From the NCBI GenBank assembly GCA_000165425.1, contig CT868678.1, forward strand, positions 124,001-188,000: a stretch of 64,000 nucleotides of DNA, in the 5' to 3' direction. The notes under the pieces are model-generated. The model was not told the DNA's origin. It was given only the letters and a program-made list of their open reading frames with translations, and ran no database searches. A program made the position numbers and the translations under genes. Numbering within the stretch: position 1 is the stretch's first letter; the number at the start of each line of letters is the position of its first letter. Below, in pieces: positions 15,090-27,740 of the stretch. The DNA comes from Paramecium tetraurelia. Its lineage: Eukaryota.

Positions 15090-15662
15090 TCAATGGTAGA
15101 CAAATTCAACTTGGGCATCTTAAAAGATTGAAATAGCTGGATAATATTTCCCATCCTTTATTGGGAGTACTTTGAAGGCACAACCAAGGGATTTGCCTTA
15201 TTCTTCAAAAATTAATTCATTATTAATAAATAACATTCTCAATGGTTCTGATTTCTTGATACCATTTCCATACTTAGCTCCAATGCCATCATTAAACTTG
15301 GATCCGTCCTTGACTCTATAGCTATATTAGCATCTGTGCATTCCTACAGGATATTCAATCAGATTGAGTGAGGGATCATTGAGAGTTATGCCTACTCTCA
15401 CTCCAGAACCCTTTGTATAGATGATGCTTCATACATTTATTAAGTTTATTATTAAACTATTCTCATTGCCCATGGGTGGCTACAAAATAAGAGTTTCATA
15501 ACCTGATTCCTTGAAGGCTAATGAGACTTTATTACCAGAAACGATGATGTTGGGCCCTTTCATCAATATACTTTTTTATGGCTTTTCTAATTCGATGGGG
15601 TTTTCGTCTAATTTATCTTGTTTTTTGTCTTCGACTTTATCTTCTATTTTTTCTAATTCCAT
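15090..15662 (-). CDS. Stand-alone SPRY-domain protein, ASH2L/Bre2-type SPRY
   Basis: VRVGIT..EYPVGMHRCQYSYRVKDGSKFNDGIGAKYG..LIFEEQGKSLGCAFK..GKYYPAISIFQDAQVEF. 24-nt intron 15411-15434. Confidence 0.7.
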
Positions 15663-15682
15663 AATAATAAATTATTAATAAA

Positions 15683-16452
15683 ATGAACGTTGCTGAAATA
15701 GGCGAACTAAAAAAGTAATTTAATTGAACTACTATTTTAGATAATTGACCAAAGCATTAACAGAAAATGCTCATTTGATGTAGAAAAATTAATTGCTAGA
15801 ATTAAAGTTAAAAGAAACAGAAGAGCGTAATTGCAATATATAAAAAATGAATGGAACTATTATGCATGTGTTGAATGATCTTAATGTGTAAAATAATAGA
15901 CCTTCCACTGAGATTCTAAAATAGTAAGATTAATTCAATATGAAATTGATGTAATATCAAAAGAGAATAGAGTCTTATGAAACCTAAATAAAGAATTTGT
16001 AAACTCAGTTATAAGAAGCACTTATATCCAAAAATGAATAAAATCAAAGAATAACATAACTTTAAGAACATGATTCCTAATTGCTCAAGTAGATAGGAGC
16101 ATTGGAATCATCTGTTAAAACATTGACTGGTCAATTGTAATTGTAAGGCAAACAAACTCAGGAATTCTCCTAATAATTGGAAGACCTTGAATTCGAGAGT
16201 CAGAAGGTCAAATTTTCTTAGAGTGTTAAAATCGAAGAATTAAACGAGGAGAACATGAAACTTAAAGAAGAATTGAAATCTCTTATGGGATAATACTTAA
16301 GAAAGACTTCTTCATCCATGTAAACTAGTGTACCAGCATCGCCTTAAAATATTAGATTGTAACCTCAACCTCCACAAACTACCACAACTCCTATTATTAA
16401 GAAATAGACACCTAAAAAGAGGACCACAACAATCACTTAATGGAAGAAATGA
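15683..16452 (+). CDS. Coiled-coil hypothetical protein
   Basis: MNVAEIGELKK, intron, Q/E/K-rich heptads, ends PKKRTTTITQWKK*. Confidence 0.7.
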
Positions 16453-16505
16453 TATCAACTTTATTATTATGTTATATAAATTATTGTAAAAATAAATATA
16501 AAATA

Positions 16506-18063
16506 ATGGCAACATTCCAATAAAAATACGAATCATTGAAATAGGAATTTAATGAATTAGATATCAATGATGATGGCCGATTAGATAAGAATGAAATGTT
16601 CTAAGTTCTAGATTCTAAGGTATAACTTGTTTCATTTCTGTGTTGATTAGATTGGAAAATAATTCGATCGTGAGATTGCTGAAGAATTATGGTCTAATTT
16701 AGATATTAATCATGATGGTAAAGTGACAGTAAATGAATTCATTCAAATACTTTTGAAAGCTGAAGACAGTTTGAAAAGCAAAATAAACAATTGCAGAACT
16801 ACTTTAGAATTAAACTATTAACAGAAAAGAGAAACAGAAACTAATTTAGATTATTGTTAATCAAATGAAAAATTGAATAACTTTGGAGTAATGGAAGGCA
16901 GTCAATTATGTGTTATTGTGATTCAAGCCGCAAATCTGAAGGCAGATGGAAAATAATTAGATCCTTTTATCACTTTACAATTTGATAAATTTGAAAAGCA
17001 AACAACTATTAATAAAGGTCCTAATCCTATTTGGAAAGAAACCTAAAAGTTCTATTTCCCTGTTTAAACTGGGAAGGAAGACTTAAAATTAACAGTTTGT
17101 GATTTTGATAAATATACTCCAAATATCGTGATTGCCAGGGTTGATTTAAATTTATCCAATAATGCTTTTAATCTGAAGAATCAGCAATTGCATGATATTT
17201 GGCTGGATTTATATGATGTCAATGGGAATAGAAGTGGATCTCAATTGAACATCCAAATCTAATGGGTCTATTCTAAGGTCAAATATCTTAGAGATGTACT
17301 TAACTCTTACTAATAATAAGTGTATTCATAAGAATAAGAATTACTGCAATATGAGAGAGATCTCTTTATTCTTTATGAGCCATTTGTTAAGTGGAGATAA
17401 CTCAATACAAAAGGGTATTAGAAGCCCATCGCTTAAACACCCGCATCCATGATTCCAGTTTCATATTAATAGGCAGACCCAACAAAAATCATTAAGCCAT
17501 TTTCTGATCCTCTTTTGGATAAAAATAGCAAATTCAAATTAATTACTATTTTGGTTGGTCTCATAGCTTGTCTTACTCTACTGATATTATTTTACAAGGC
17601 TTAATATTTTGATGTAATTAGAGTGTTGCTATAATTAGTTGCTCCTTATTATAGACTTCTATATCCTGTGGGAATTTAATGCTTTGAATGAGAATCGCAT
17701 AAAGACTCTAGGGATCTTGTTCGGAATGAGTTGTTTCTTGGATGTTGTGTGGATCTTTTGCATTGGTATGAAATGGCTTGGTAATGATTCTCATGAGATT
17801 TTCATACCTTATGAAGTCTCCATCCAAAAAATGATCTCCATTTTAGTGATAATAAGTCTAATTGTGAGGGTAATTATGAATTTAATTCTTAGTTGTATCT
17901 AATACTAAACTTATTTTAATTATCTCAAGAGGTGTAAAACATTACTAATCCTTAACCTTAAAAAATACAACATAGGAATATCGTAAAAATAGATATGCAA
18001 AATACACATAATATTGAATCTAAAACCTACCTCCATAATGGACGACCAATTGTGATTTATTGA
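16506..18063 (+). CDS. EF-hand pair + coiled coil + C2 domain + 4-TM protein
   Basis: EF loops DINDDGRLDKNE and DINHDGKVTVNE. C2 domain LCVIVIQAANLKADGKQLDPFITLQF..GPNPIWKE..LKLTVCDFDK..WLDL. Four C-terminal hydrophobic helices. Three short introns. Confidence 0.85.
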
Positions 18064-18100
18064 ATATTTTTATTAATTATTTTATAATTGATATTCATAT

Positions 18101-19146
18101 ATGGGATGCTAAGTTGGAAAGACCAATCAAATTTAAATTAGATCCAAGTATAACAATCTCGTAGGAATTAAGTTTTAGTAAGCTATTGAAAATAGCAACC
18201 CTAAATTGAAATAATTGCAACATCAATGGAATCAATTTGAAATCAAAGACCTTAGTGCTGCTTTTAAATTCAAATAAAGTGATCCAGTCAGATTTAGAAA
18301 GTATCTTATGAATGGAGCAATCTCCTCCAATAGATGGCTTTTATGGAAAGTATCCTTATTTGTAGACAATATATTTGAATCAGGGTGTTATGAAGCCTTG
18401 TTGAAGAGTTAGCATCATCAGTTTGACATTGAAATTGAGAAGGACTTGCCCAGAACATTACCAGGTCATCAAGAATTTCATAAAAAATCTTAAGCATTAT
18501 AAAATGTTCTCAAGGCTATCGCTATCTATAATAATGATTATGTGACAGGCATGAATCAAGTAGCTGGGTTCTTGTTATTAATAAGTGGAATGGAAGAGGA
18601 AGATACCTTTTGGATGGTAAATTATTTGAACATCAATCCGTAATTCAAATTTCTTTAATTATATCAAACGAATGATTCATAGAGTATAAAGTAATTTAGT
18701 TATTAGATTAAGGGAATCAATTTGAATATGTTACAAAATTATTAAGCATATTCCATAAGCATTTCTAAAGTCAAATGCCATTATTGTATCAACATTTTGA
18801 AACACAAGGCATCAACCAATATTGTTACATTTGGAAATGGATATTTACGCTATTTTTATATACATTCCCTTTTGAAGTGGTACTCTACTTCTTCGATTTC
18901 ATGATTGCTAATAATATTTTGGCAATTATTTCACTATCTCTTGCTTTACTAAAACACTTCCACTCTCATCTACTTAAATTAAATCAAACTGAAATTGCTT
19001 AATTTATTACTCAATTCCAAGAATGCTCAGACGTCTTTGATAGATCAAGCCATTCAGATCACCTGTGTGTTGAATAAATCTTATGTTACGCTACCTAATT
19101 TCACGATTAATTGGGATTTTCGAGATTAGAAGAAACTTTGCAATGA
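18101..19146 (+). CDS. TBC-domain Rab GTPase-activating protein (atypical, YVTGMN)
   Basis: IEKDLPRT, NVLKAIAIY, DYVTGMNQVAGFLL..EEDTFW, WIFTLFLYTFPFEVVLYFFD. N-terminal MGCQVGK. Confidence 0.85.
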
Positions 19147-19188
19147 AGTTTATAACATATTTCCTAAGTTACTTAATTAGTAAAATAA

Positions 19189-20495
19189 TCATAATTATGT
19201 TTCTCCCTATGACGGTTAAACATAAGAATTCCAATCTTAGGGTTTCAAATCAATGTTCTATTCACTTAGATCCAACCACTTTATCCTTTTGCCATTATCC
19301 CACATTCCAATCTAACTCCTGCCATTCGGTAGTATGTATCTACCTTTCCCTTATTATTTGCCGTTAGACCAATATCCTTCGTATTTCTAATAAAGCTCAA
19401 ATAATACTCATACCCTTCCATCTGGCCATGTGTAAATGCCATATCCATGTTTCTTATCGTTAACATACTGGCCTTCATATTATCTTCCATCCTTCCAAAA
19501 GTAGATCCCACGTCCACTCATCTGATTATTTAACCATTATCCTTCGTATCTCTAAATTAAATAAGGTTCAATACCCTCCCATCAGGCCAAGTGTACACTC
19601 CAAATCCAGACAACTTATTTTCACTCCAATTTCCAACATACACAGATCCATCTCCCCAGTAATACTTCCCAAATCCTTCTTTCTTGCCGTGCTAATAATT
19701 CCCCTCGAATCTCGCCTGATCAGCCCATGTTTCAATTCCAAATCCATGTTATAAATCATCCATCCAATCTCCTTCATACCTTGCTCCATTCGTATGAATA
19801 TAAACCCCTTTCCCACATGCTTTATCATCCTTCCAATCTCCTTCAAACTAATCCCCATCTATATGCCAGAATCTCCCTTTCCCATTAGCCCTATTGTTTT
19901 TCCACTCTCCTTCATATTTTGCTCCATCACTCCAAATTTGAACCCCATATCCATCCCTGTTCTATCCAATCCATTCTCCTTCATAGAATGCTCCGCTCTA
20001 TTAAATTAATATTTTCAACACTTTTCTACTTTAAATTGATGGCGAGCCCTCCTCTCTCTAACAGTATTCTCAGATTTAGGAACTTAAACATCATTAAGAT
20101 CCTCCTAATTTCTTAGCATCATCTCGTTTTTTCTCTTCTTGCTATCTGCATTTGACTCTTGTTATCTTTTTCATAAATACCATTAGTCATGATCACTTGA
20201 ACTTATGGAGTTTCAACTGGTTGAGCCCTGGTTTGTTCTGCATAGACAATAGCCTCATTTTTCTTAGGCGGATCCAAGTTCAAATATTGTTATATTATTG
20301 GACTTTGACCATCCTAATTCTTTTCCTCAAGGTCTTAAAAATTATTGTTAAAATCAATTTACGATCTTCATCTTCCTCTTCATTTGGTTGTTGCGAGTAT
20401 TGATTCATTTGAGGGTTCGATTGTTGCTATACCTCGCTTATTAAGACTTCTTCCTTTTTCTAACAATTTTAACAGGTTGCACAATTGCTTCCCAT
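19189..20495 (-). CDS. MORN-repeat protein
   Basis: Tandem 23-aa YEGxWxxxxxHGxGxxxWxDG repeats at ~19290-19980. N-terminal [11 protein letters not shown]. Confidence 0.9.
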
Positions 20496-20525
20496 GCTTT
20501 TCTTAATTAATATTAATCAATTAAG

Positions 20526-21890
20526 ATGAATTCGAATTCAAAATCTCTATCTAACTCGATAAAGAAGGATCTCTATCAGCAAGCATGCAAATTGAAGGAG
20601 AACTCTATAGACAGTGAAGCTGAATCCTAGCTCAATGAACTGATAGACTCGCTTAAAACATCTGAAATAATTCAATAGGTTGAGGCATAAAGAGAGTGGT
20701 TACAGAAAATATTTTAAGCTTGGAGACTACAAACTGCAAAGACTTATAATGTATATCAAGTGGCGAGTTTTATAGAAACAAAAAAAAGGAAGTGGTTGAA
20801 AATACTCTTTAAGCAATGGCATCAATTTATCGAATCGATTCAAATTAGATAAGTCTTGCTTTTCAGATTCTAAACCAAAAGAGAAAAAAGACTCAAAGGC
20901 ACATTGATGAAAGCCTGGGCTTAAGTTGTTTCAAATTTACAACAGAAATAAATTTATAAATATGATGCTCAACAATTCTACATAAAGAACACAAAAAACA
21001 AGTACTTTTAAGGCTGGCGTCGGTTCATCTAAAGAACATAAAATGATTTAATCGCTTAATAAGAATTGGTTCATCAATAATAAATGAAGTTATACTCAAA
21101 GTACTTTGGCATTATGAAATGCAAGATACATTAAACAGAGAAAAACTTAGAATAATACGCAATAAACAAATAGAAATAAAGGGTCTAAACAGTTTTTTAA
21201 TCTTGGTTCTAATACACTTAATATCAGATCAATTAAAGAATAAATATTAAAGAGTTTATCAAAAAGAGGAATCTAAAACTCTTATTTGAAATTATCACTT
21301 TTTTAAAAAATTAAACTGAAAAGCATATAATTTATAGGAGACAAAAAAAACTGGCTTATTTGGGGAGGTGGAAAATGCTTATGTAAAAATCTTTTTATAT
21401 TTTACTAAAATATAAAGGATAGCAATAAAACAAACGATATTTACATAAGATTAGGAAAGATAATCTATTGAAATCAGCGATATATACTCTAAAGGATACG
21501 AAAAATTTGGTTTAGAAATATAAAGAGATAGAAAAATGTCTTAGTTAAAAGAAAATGAAATAACTATTCTATTATTTATAAAATTATACATAAAAGCAAA
21601 AATATAAAAGATACTCATTAGAATTTGCATAATTTTTCAGGCGTAAATAATTATAGAAATGGTTGTTTTCGCTCATTAATTTATATCATAATTATCGCGT
21701 AAAAAAAAGAGATATGAATGAGAAAATGATGTAAGTACATTTAGTCAAATTTTGTAAGAGGATCTTACAGAAATGGAAGGAACATAATTAATAAACTCAT
21801 CATAAAAAGCTTATTAAATAATAAATAGAATTCAGTAATTAATATAGAATAAAATAACAAATATTCAAAATAATGTCAAAAAAAAAATGA
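20526..21890 (+). CDS. Sfi1-like centrin-binding repeat protein
   Basis: Recurring LxxxFxxW(K/R) motifs: LQKIFQAWRL, LKILFKQWHQ, LMKAWAQ, KYFQGWRR, VFQSWFQ, LGRWKM, ILQKWKE. Confidence 0.65.
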
Positions 21891-21894
21891 TAAT

Positions 21895-23316
21895 TCAATA
21901 TTTTTTATATTATAATTTTTTAAGTTTTCTCTAGAATGCTTATTGTGCTTATGAGAATTCAAGATCTTTAATTATTTAGTTATTAAATCCAACCTAAGTC
22001 AATTATGTTATTTTCTTTTTGCTATCAGCTACAGGACTTACTCTCTCTTCTAAAAATTTAAAATATATTTTGCTATCACTAGTTTTAATATCCATAATAT
22101 TGATTGGCGGTGATAGTTCTTTTGTTTTAAGTTCTGGTAATCTGAGACGATGGTTGAATCCTTTTTTGTTTTATTTTTCTATACTAATATTTCTGACTAA
22201 TTTTCTTCTGTATTAATTCCATCTCTTCTTCTCCTCATGTAAATATTGAATATCGAAATCATCAGGATATCGTTTTAATTATTATTTATAAATTTAAATG
22301 ACTTCCATAGTCAAAATCTTTTTAATGTTAAATGCACTTATTGTAATTATTTCACTCGGAATGGATGTTATGTAAGAAACATCAGATTCAATTTCATTTA
22401 ATATTGCATAATCTCCAAATACATCATAATCACCTAATTCATCAATATCATAAAAGACATCCTTTTATTTTTAAGCAATTTCCTCTCTAGATGTTAGGCT
22501 ACCACATTAGAACTTCGTCTTTCTTATCACTTAGACACATCCTTATTTAATAATATACATGTTTTGTGGTTCAGTGCCTTATTTTATTAATATCGTTTAA
22601 GAAGCAAAATTTTCTATGGTACATTTAGTGGAGATTTAAACTAGCATAGATTTCTAAACCATAAAAAAGATCGGCACTCTTTCCAAGAATGACAATAATT
22701 TATTTAAATTAGCTGTCTGCATCTCCTATTTATGATCCTTATTCAGATACTCATCAAATGTCTCTTTTGTCAAAACAATTAAATCACTTTTTTCTGCTGC
22801 CATAACTGCAGCTGTTCTTTTGGAATTATAGAGTAATGATATTTCTCCAAAAGCATCTCCTTTACGTAAAATAGCGATTTCTTTCTATCTAAATATTGAA
22901 ACCTTACTAATTGCATAAAATTTCTAAATTCAGTAGGCTCTTCTATGAAAACCTTTACACTCCCACTTAGAATCACATAAAATGCATCCCCTGTTTCACC
23001 TTATTAAAATATATATTCTCTTTTATTATATGTCTTAAGAAATAAGTGTTTACATAAGTCTAAGAAATTTGGCTTACTTTTGTATTACTTCAAAAACTAG
23101 ATTTCCTTTTCAAATCATAAATCATAAGTTACTCCTGCAATTTAAGCAATATCTTAGCATATTATTTAGTTTCTCCTTTCTAAAGGTACTTAGAGAAGTA
23201 ATCTCATCTTTTCTATTTGATAAACAAATGTCTTTATATTGTTTTGATCTTCTGCAGTAAATTCTTAGACTATAAAAAAATTGATAATTTTTACATTCGT
23301 CTTAACCTTAAAGCAT
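21895..23316 (-). CDS. Cyclic nucleotide-binding domain protein (two cNMP domains, no catalytic domain seen)
   Basis: FQQGETGDAFYVILSGSVKVF..GDAFGEISLLYNSKRTAAV. Second domain QGTEPQNMYIIKQGCV..GDYDVFGDYAIL. Short introns. Confidence 0.85.
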
Positions 23317-23368
23317 GTTAATATTATAATTAACAAATTAAATTAAGCAGGGATTTTTTGATAAATAA

Positions 23369-24026
23369 ATGAAATATATAAACACTGAAAACCTTGAAAA
23401 ATATATATAACTTATAAAGCAAATCGATCAATTACCCACCTATTAAAGAGAGTCAATCTCAGCATACCTAAATAATGAGTTCTCAATAAATATAAATTTT
23501 ATTCTTAATCCCATTACTACTCGTTGCCAAAGAGCTTTAAGAAATACATTAATAAGATCTTAAAGAAACTTAATTAACTTAATTTGGTCTTAGTAGTATA
23601 ATAGATTGAATAGTTTCTAAGACTTTTCATCCTTTTTCAGAATAAATTCCAAGCGTTTTTGGTTACTACTGTTATGCAGCCCCTCCTCCTTTGATTTTGT
23701 AACCTAACATTATTTCAGAATATGTTCCTGAAAAAAATGAAGAAATTTTGCAGATTGAAAATTTTTACAGAAATCAAAACCAAATTGAAGAAATAAAATA
23801 TATGAGGCTAAGAATAGTAATAATACAACTAAACAGATTTAATAAATAATTATAGTTTATAATTCGTTAAATTATATCAGACCATTGACAGTAGGATAGT
23901 GAGCTTCGTTAGTTTAACCCTGCAAGAACTCAAAATGCTAATGACTTGTATTTCACATAGAATACAGAAAAATGTATATTAAATTGATAATCTAATTAAC
24001 ACAAAAATAAATTTGATCTTGGTTGA
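23369..24026 (+). pseudogene. Probable degenerate gene (frame breaks; possible Cys/His finger remnant)
   Basis: The ORF from the ATG stops near 23730. Coding-like text continues in other frames, with in-frame TGAs around PCKNSKCQ*LVFHIE. Confidence 0.3.
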
Positions 24027-24864
24027 AATTTCAATTTAAAAACTAAGTTTTGTAGTGATTGGATGTTATTTAGTAATCTTATTCATATATTAAATCAGTA
24101 GGCCGTAGATGGTCACTTATTTGATGCTATTTTATATACTATTTTTGATATCTATGCTAATTTGGATCTATGCAGCGGAAATTCTAATAAAGGTCTGTTA
24201 TTGTTTGCTTTTTTAAGTATTGCCTAAAATCGGTTAAAATCTGTTTAAATCTCAAACGATGAAGTCAGTGTTGATTAAATCAGGAATTTCTCTATTTATT
24301 TAGATAAAAATTGAACTATTGTTTTATCTGGAATGACTTAACTGATCATAATTTAATTGTAATTTCTATAAATTTTTTGTGCTGATAAATAATTATATAT
24401 CATTTTCAATCATTGGATGATGTAATATTCATTTCAAATTTCACTCTCAGAATTGATAAATTGGAATGTTAAAATATTTAAAATAATTTAAAACTTAAAC
24501 TAGTAATTTAGTCTTTTTTGCTGCAAGGAAGAATTATAAAAACAATTATATAATATAGAAACATTTAATCATTCTTCTACTTTGATTTTAATTGTTCTTT
24601 TTTTTCTGCGCAAATACTTTTCGGGATTTAAATGAAACTATCTAAAGCATCTTATTGCACATAGTGCTACGTTTATTTTATAATATATCTAACAAGCTTC
24701 ACAAACAAAGCTTGATTTTTTGATTTTCTTACTTTTCTTTTGACAAACTTTGCATCTAAATTAAATAAATGAAATACTTTTAACTATGATTTCCTTTTTT
24801 TGGAAAATGGCAATTTTTAATATCTTAGAATATAGTTAATTCAGTTTGGGTTAAATGCAAGTAT

Positions 24865-25700
24865 TCATTAATGTTTAACTTTTTTTAAATTATTGCATTC
24901 TAAGAAAAAAGATTCTATTTATATAATTTAAGTATTGCTATCATTTTATCTATATCTAACTATGTAGAAGGAGGTAAATTCATTAGAAATTGTGCTAAAT
25001 ACTCGATTTATTCTGGTGGCTCTCTTGGAATGATAGGTTTAATTAAATCCAGAAAGTTAAAGATCACAACCTGCTTCTCACATTATTCTAATTTAGACAT
25101 AAACATTTGATGGGTCTCATTGATTTGATTTATTTATATTATCATGAATTCTTCGTAGGCCTTCAAGTCTTCTTTCAGATCTCGCTATATTTTCAGTAAT
25201 GTCAGCAATGCACCAGTGTTTTTGGGGATTTTAATTTGAAGGTATGTGTTTGGAATTTAAGGTATATTTTGATATTCCATTACTAATATAATCTAGCTTT
25301 TTGGAAAAGTCTATTAAAGCCATTATTAAGCCTCTTCTTTTATTTTTAAATTATTAAGCTCCTTTACCGAAGCATAATTTACATAACAAATACAAGCTTA
25401 ATGTTAATTTATTTCGAGAACGTCCTTCAAAAATTTTTCAACACTGGTGATATATTAATCAACTTTTCCCTCTTCTAATTTGTAGTGGTGTTGTTTAATA
25501 ATAATTAATGAATTGGAACTGTACGCATAGAGAAATATAGTTCGAGAATCAGAAATATATCTTTCGAAAACTATAATTGTAGAGTATTTGTTGTCTATTT
25601 AGTTGTAATTCTATGATAATTATACTTCTGAATTTTAGATTAATATCTTATATAAAAAAGACATAGCTCCTTCCATTTAATTTTCAATTATTGAATTCAT
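24865..25700 (-). CDS. Hypothetical protein (~278 aa, apparently intronless)
   Basis: MNSIIENQMEGAMSFLYKILIQ... open in table 6 to a TGA at 24865. Confidence 0.6.
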
Positions 25701-27214
25701 TTAATATTTAATATATTACCTCCATGTTTACAAAATCAAATATTTAAATAATAATATTTATGATTTAAAAGCATTTTCAATCCCTCAGCCCCACTCTTAA
25801 AATACTAAATAAACAGTCCCTTTAATATTAAAATATCATTAATTGAATAGCATTTTAATGCAATACTTTGTAATGTTTTAAATATTTCCACCAATATATG
25901 TCTCCTTTAATAATTTATAGAGTCCTAACTATAATTCAGATTAGATCTATATGATCATAATCATTAAAATGCAGTAAAAACTGATTTCAATTCAATTAAT
26001 TCGTATATTCCTATTTTATCAACATATCATTTGATCTATTAACTAAAAGTAAGGGATCATTTTCTTTTTTATCAATCTAATCAATTATTAATGTTAACTA
26101 ATCATTTATAATTAGTTAATTAATTCTCGAAGTTGTCAAGCCAAAAACAACCCCAAACTAAATTTTTCATTTATAAACCAAAAATGCTTCTATTATTTTC
26201 TTCTAAGTATTTAATACATATTTTTATTTTTATATTCATATATTTAATAACCAGGATACATAATAACTTTCTTTTAATTACCAAAAATTAAAATTTATTC
26301 CAGTGGAAATAATACCAGAATGAAACCTGTATATTATTATGTTAATAGCCTTTAATCCTTATGCAATTTATAATTTATTTATTCTATTATTTATATTATT
26401 TAGATTCATATTGATTTACCAAAACCAAATATATTACTTATTTTTACTACTTTTTTCAAAACCATCTTAAACAGACATAGTATGATGCAAATAATCTTGT
26501 TATTGGAGCAGTTGCGCTTAAACAGAACCAAAATATTGTAACTATTTTTTTTTGTAAAAAATTCTATTTATTTGTACTTAATACATTACTTAATTAAAGT
26601 AATATACATAAAAATGTACTAATATTTAGAAGGAATAATAAATATAAAAAAAAAGGAAAAGGAATTCAGGAAAAGAGAATAAACTGAATTAACTCAAAAT
26701 GACTAACTATCTATTTAAATATCATTTATTGAAACTAATAAGGTCGAAATTATCGCAAATAATTAATCATTATGAATTGAATAAGAATAGTTCTGGAGAG
26801 CCATTCATAGCCAATTGATTTAGAATAAGTTATATATCTCAATAAAACAATTAAATGAGTAATTCGATTAAAAGAAATACTAATTATAAAATTAAATAAG
26901 AAACAAATCTTAATATTGGATAATTAAGCAATTGTAATCAACAATTATGCATGATTATTATATTGATATTATGAGGATGCCTTCTCTCTCTAATATAAAT
27001 CAAATAATATATATATTTGTTTGATCATAATTGTAATAAAAATGACCAATTAAAAAGATCATATTATAAGATTAGAAACATAATAATACCTTGTTGTTAT
27101 GACTTTCAGTTTAATAAGATAAAATTAATGATGCTTATATTATGTTTAAAATAATTTTCTTTATTTTCAAAATAACATCATTCCATAATTATTTAAAAAT
27201 AATTGAATTATTAA

Positions 27215-27740
27215 ATGTATTTTATAATAGCCTTATTTGTAATAATCTTTGCAGCTGCATTTTGGATTGTTTCAAAAAACAAATCTAGAGGTTAAACTAT
27301 TAATGCTGATAATTCAGTAATATTTATTGTAGGAGATAAAAATGCAGGAAAAACTTCATTATTATATTGCGTATTCATCAGCTATATATGAATAGCTATC
27401 AAATTAAAATTCCTCAATTCAAACTACTAATTCAATTGAACCAAATTAAACAGAATTAATCAAACAAAATAATTAAAGTGTAATTGTAGTAGATGTACCA
27501 GGAAATATTTATCAAAAAGAATAGTTTTTAAATAAAATATAAGAAGCAAATAAAATAATATTAGTTAAAGACTCATCGGAAACCTCATAAATAGGAGCAA
27601 CAGGAGTCATCTTATATAATATATTAATTTCTATTCCATTTTAGAAATCAAGAATCCCAATTTTGATAGTTTTGAATAAATAGGATAAAGAAAAAGCATA
27701 TAAGGCTCCTGATTTCGAGATGTTTTTATCAAGGGAAATG
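27215..27740 (+). CDS. SRPRB: Signal recognition particle receptor beta subunit; 3' end apparently missing or replaced
   Basis: N-terminal TM anchor MYFIIALFVIIFAAAFWIV, P-loop GDKNAGKTSL, SIEPN, DVPGN and NKQD. Sequence after the second intron (~27740-27768) does not resemble SRbeta. Confidence 0.75.

Noticed and set aside
26140..26160. ccaaaaacaaccccaaac, telomere-like
   Set aside because: Only a single C4A2-like unit, not a telomeric tract.
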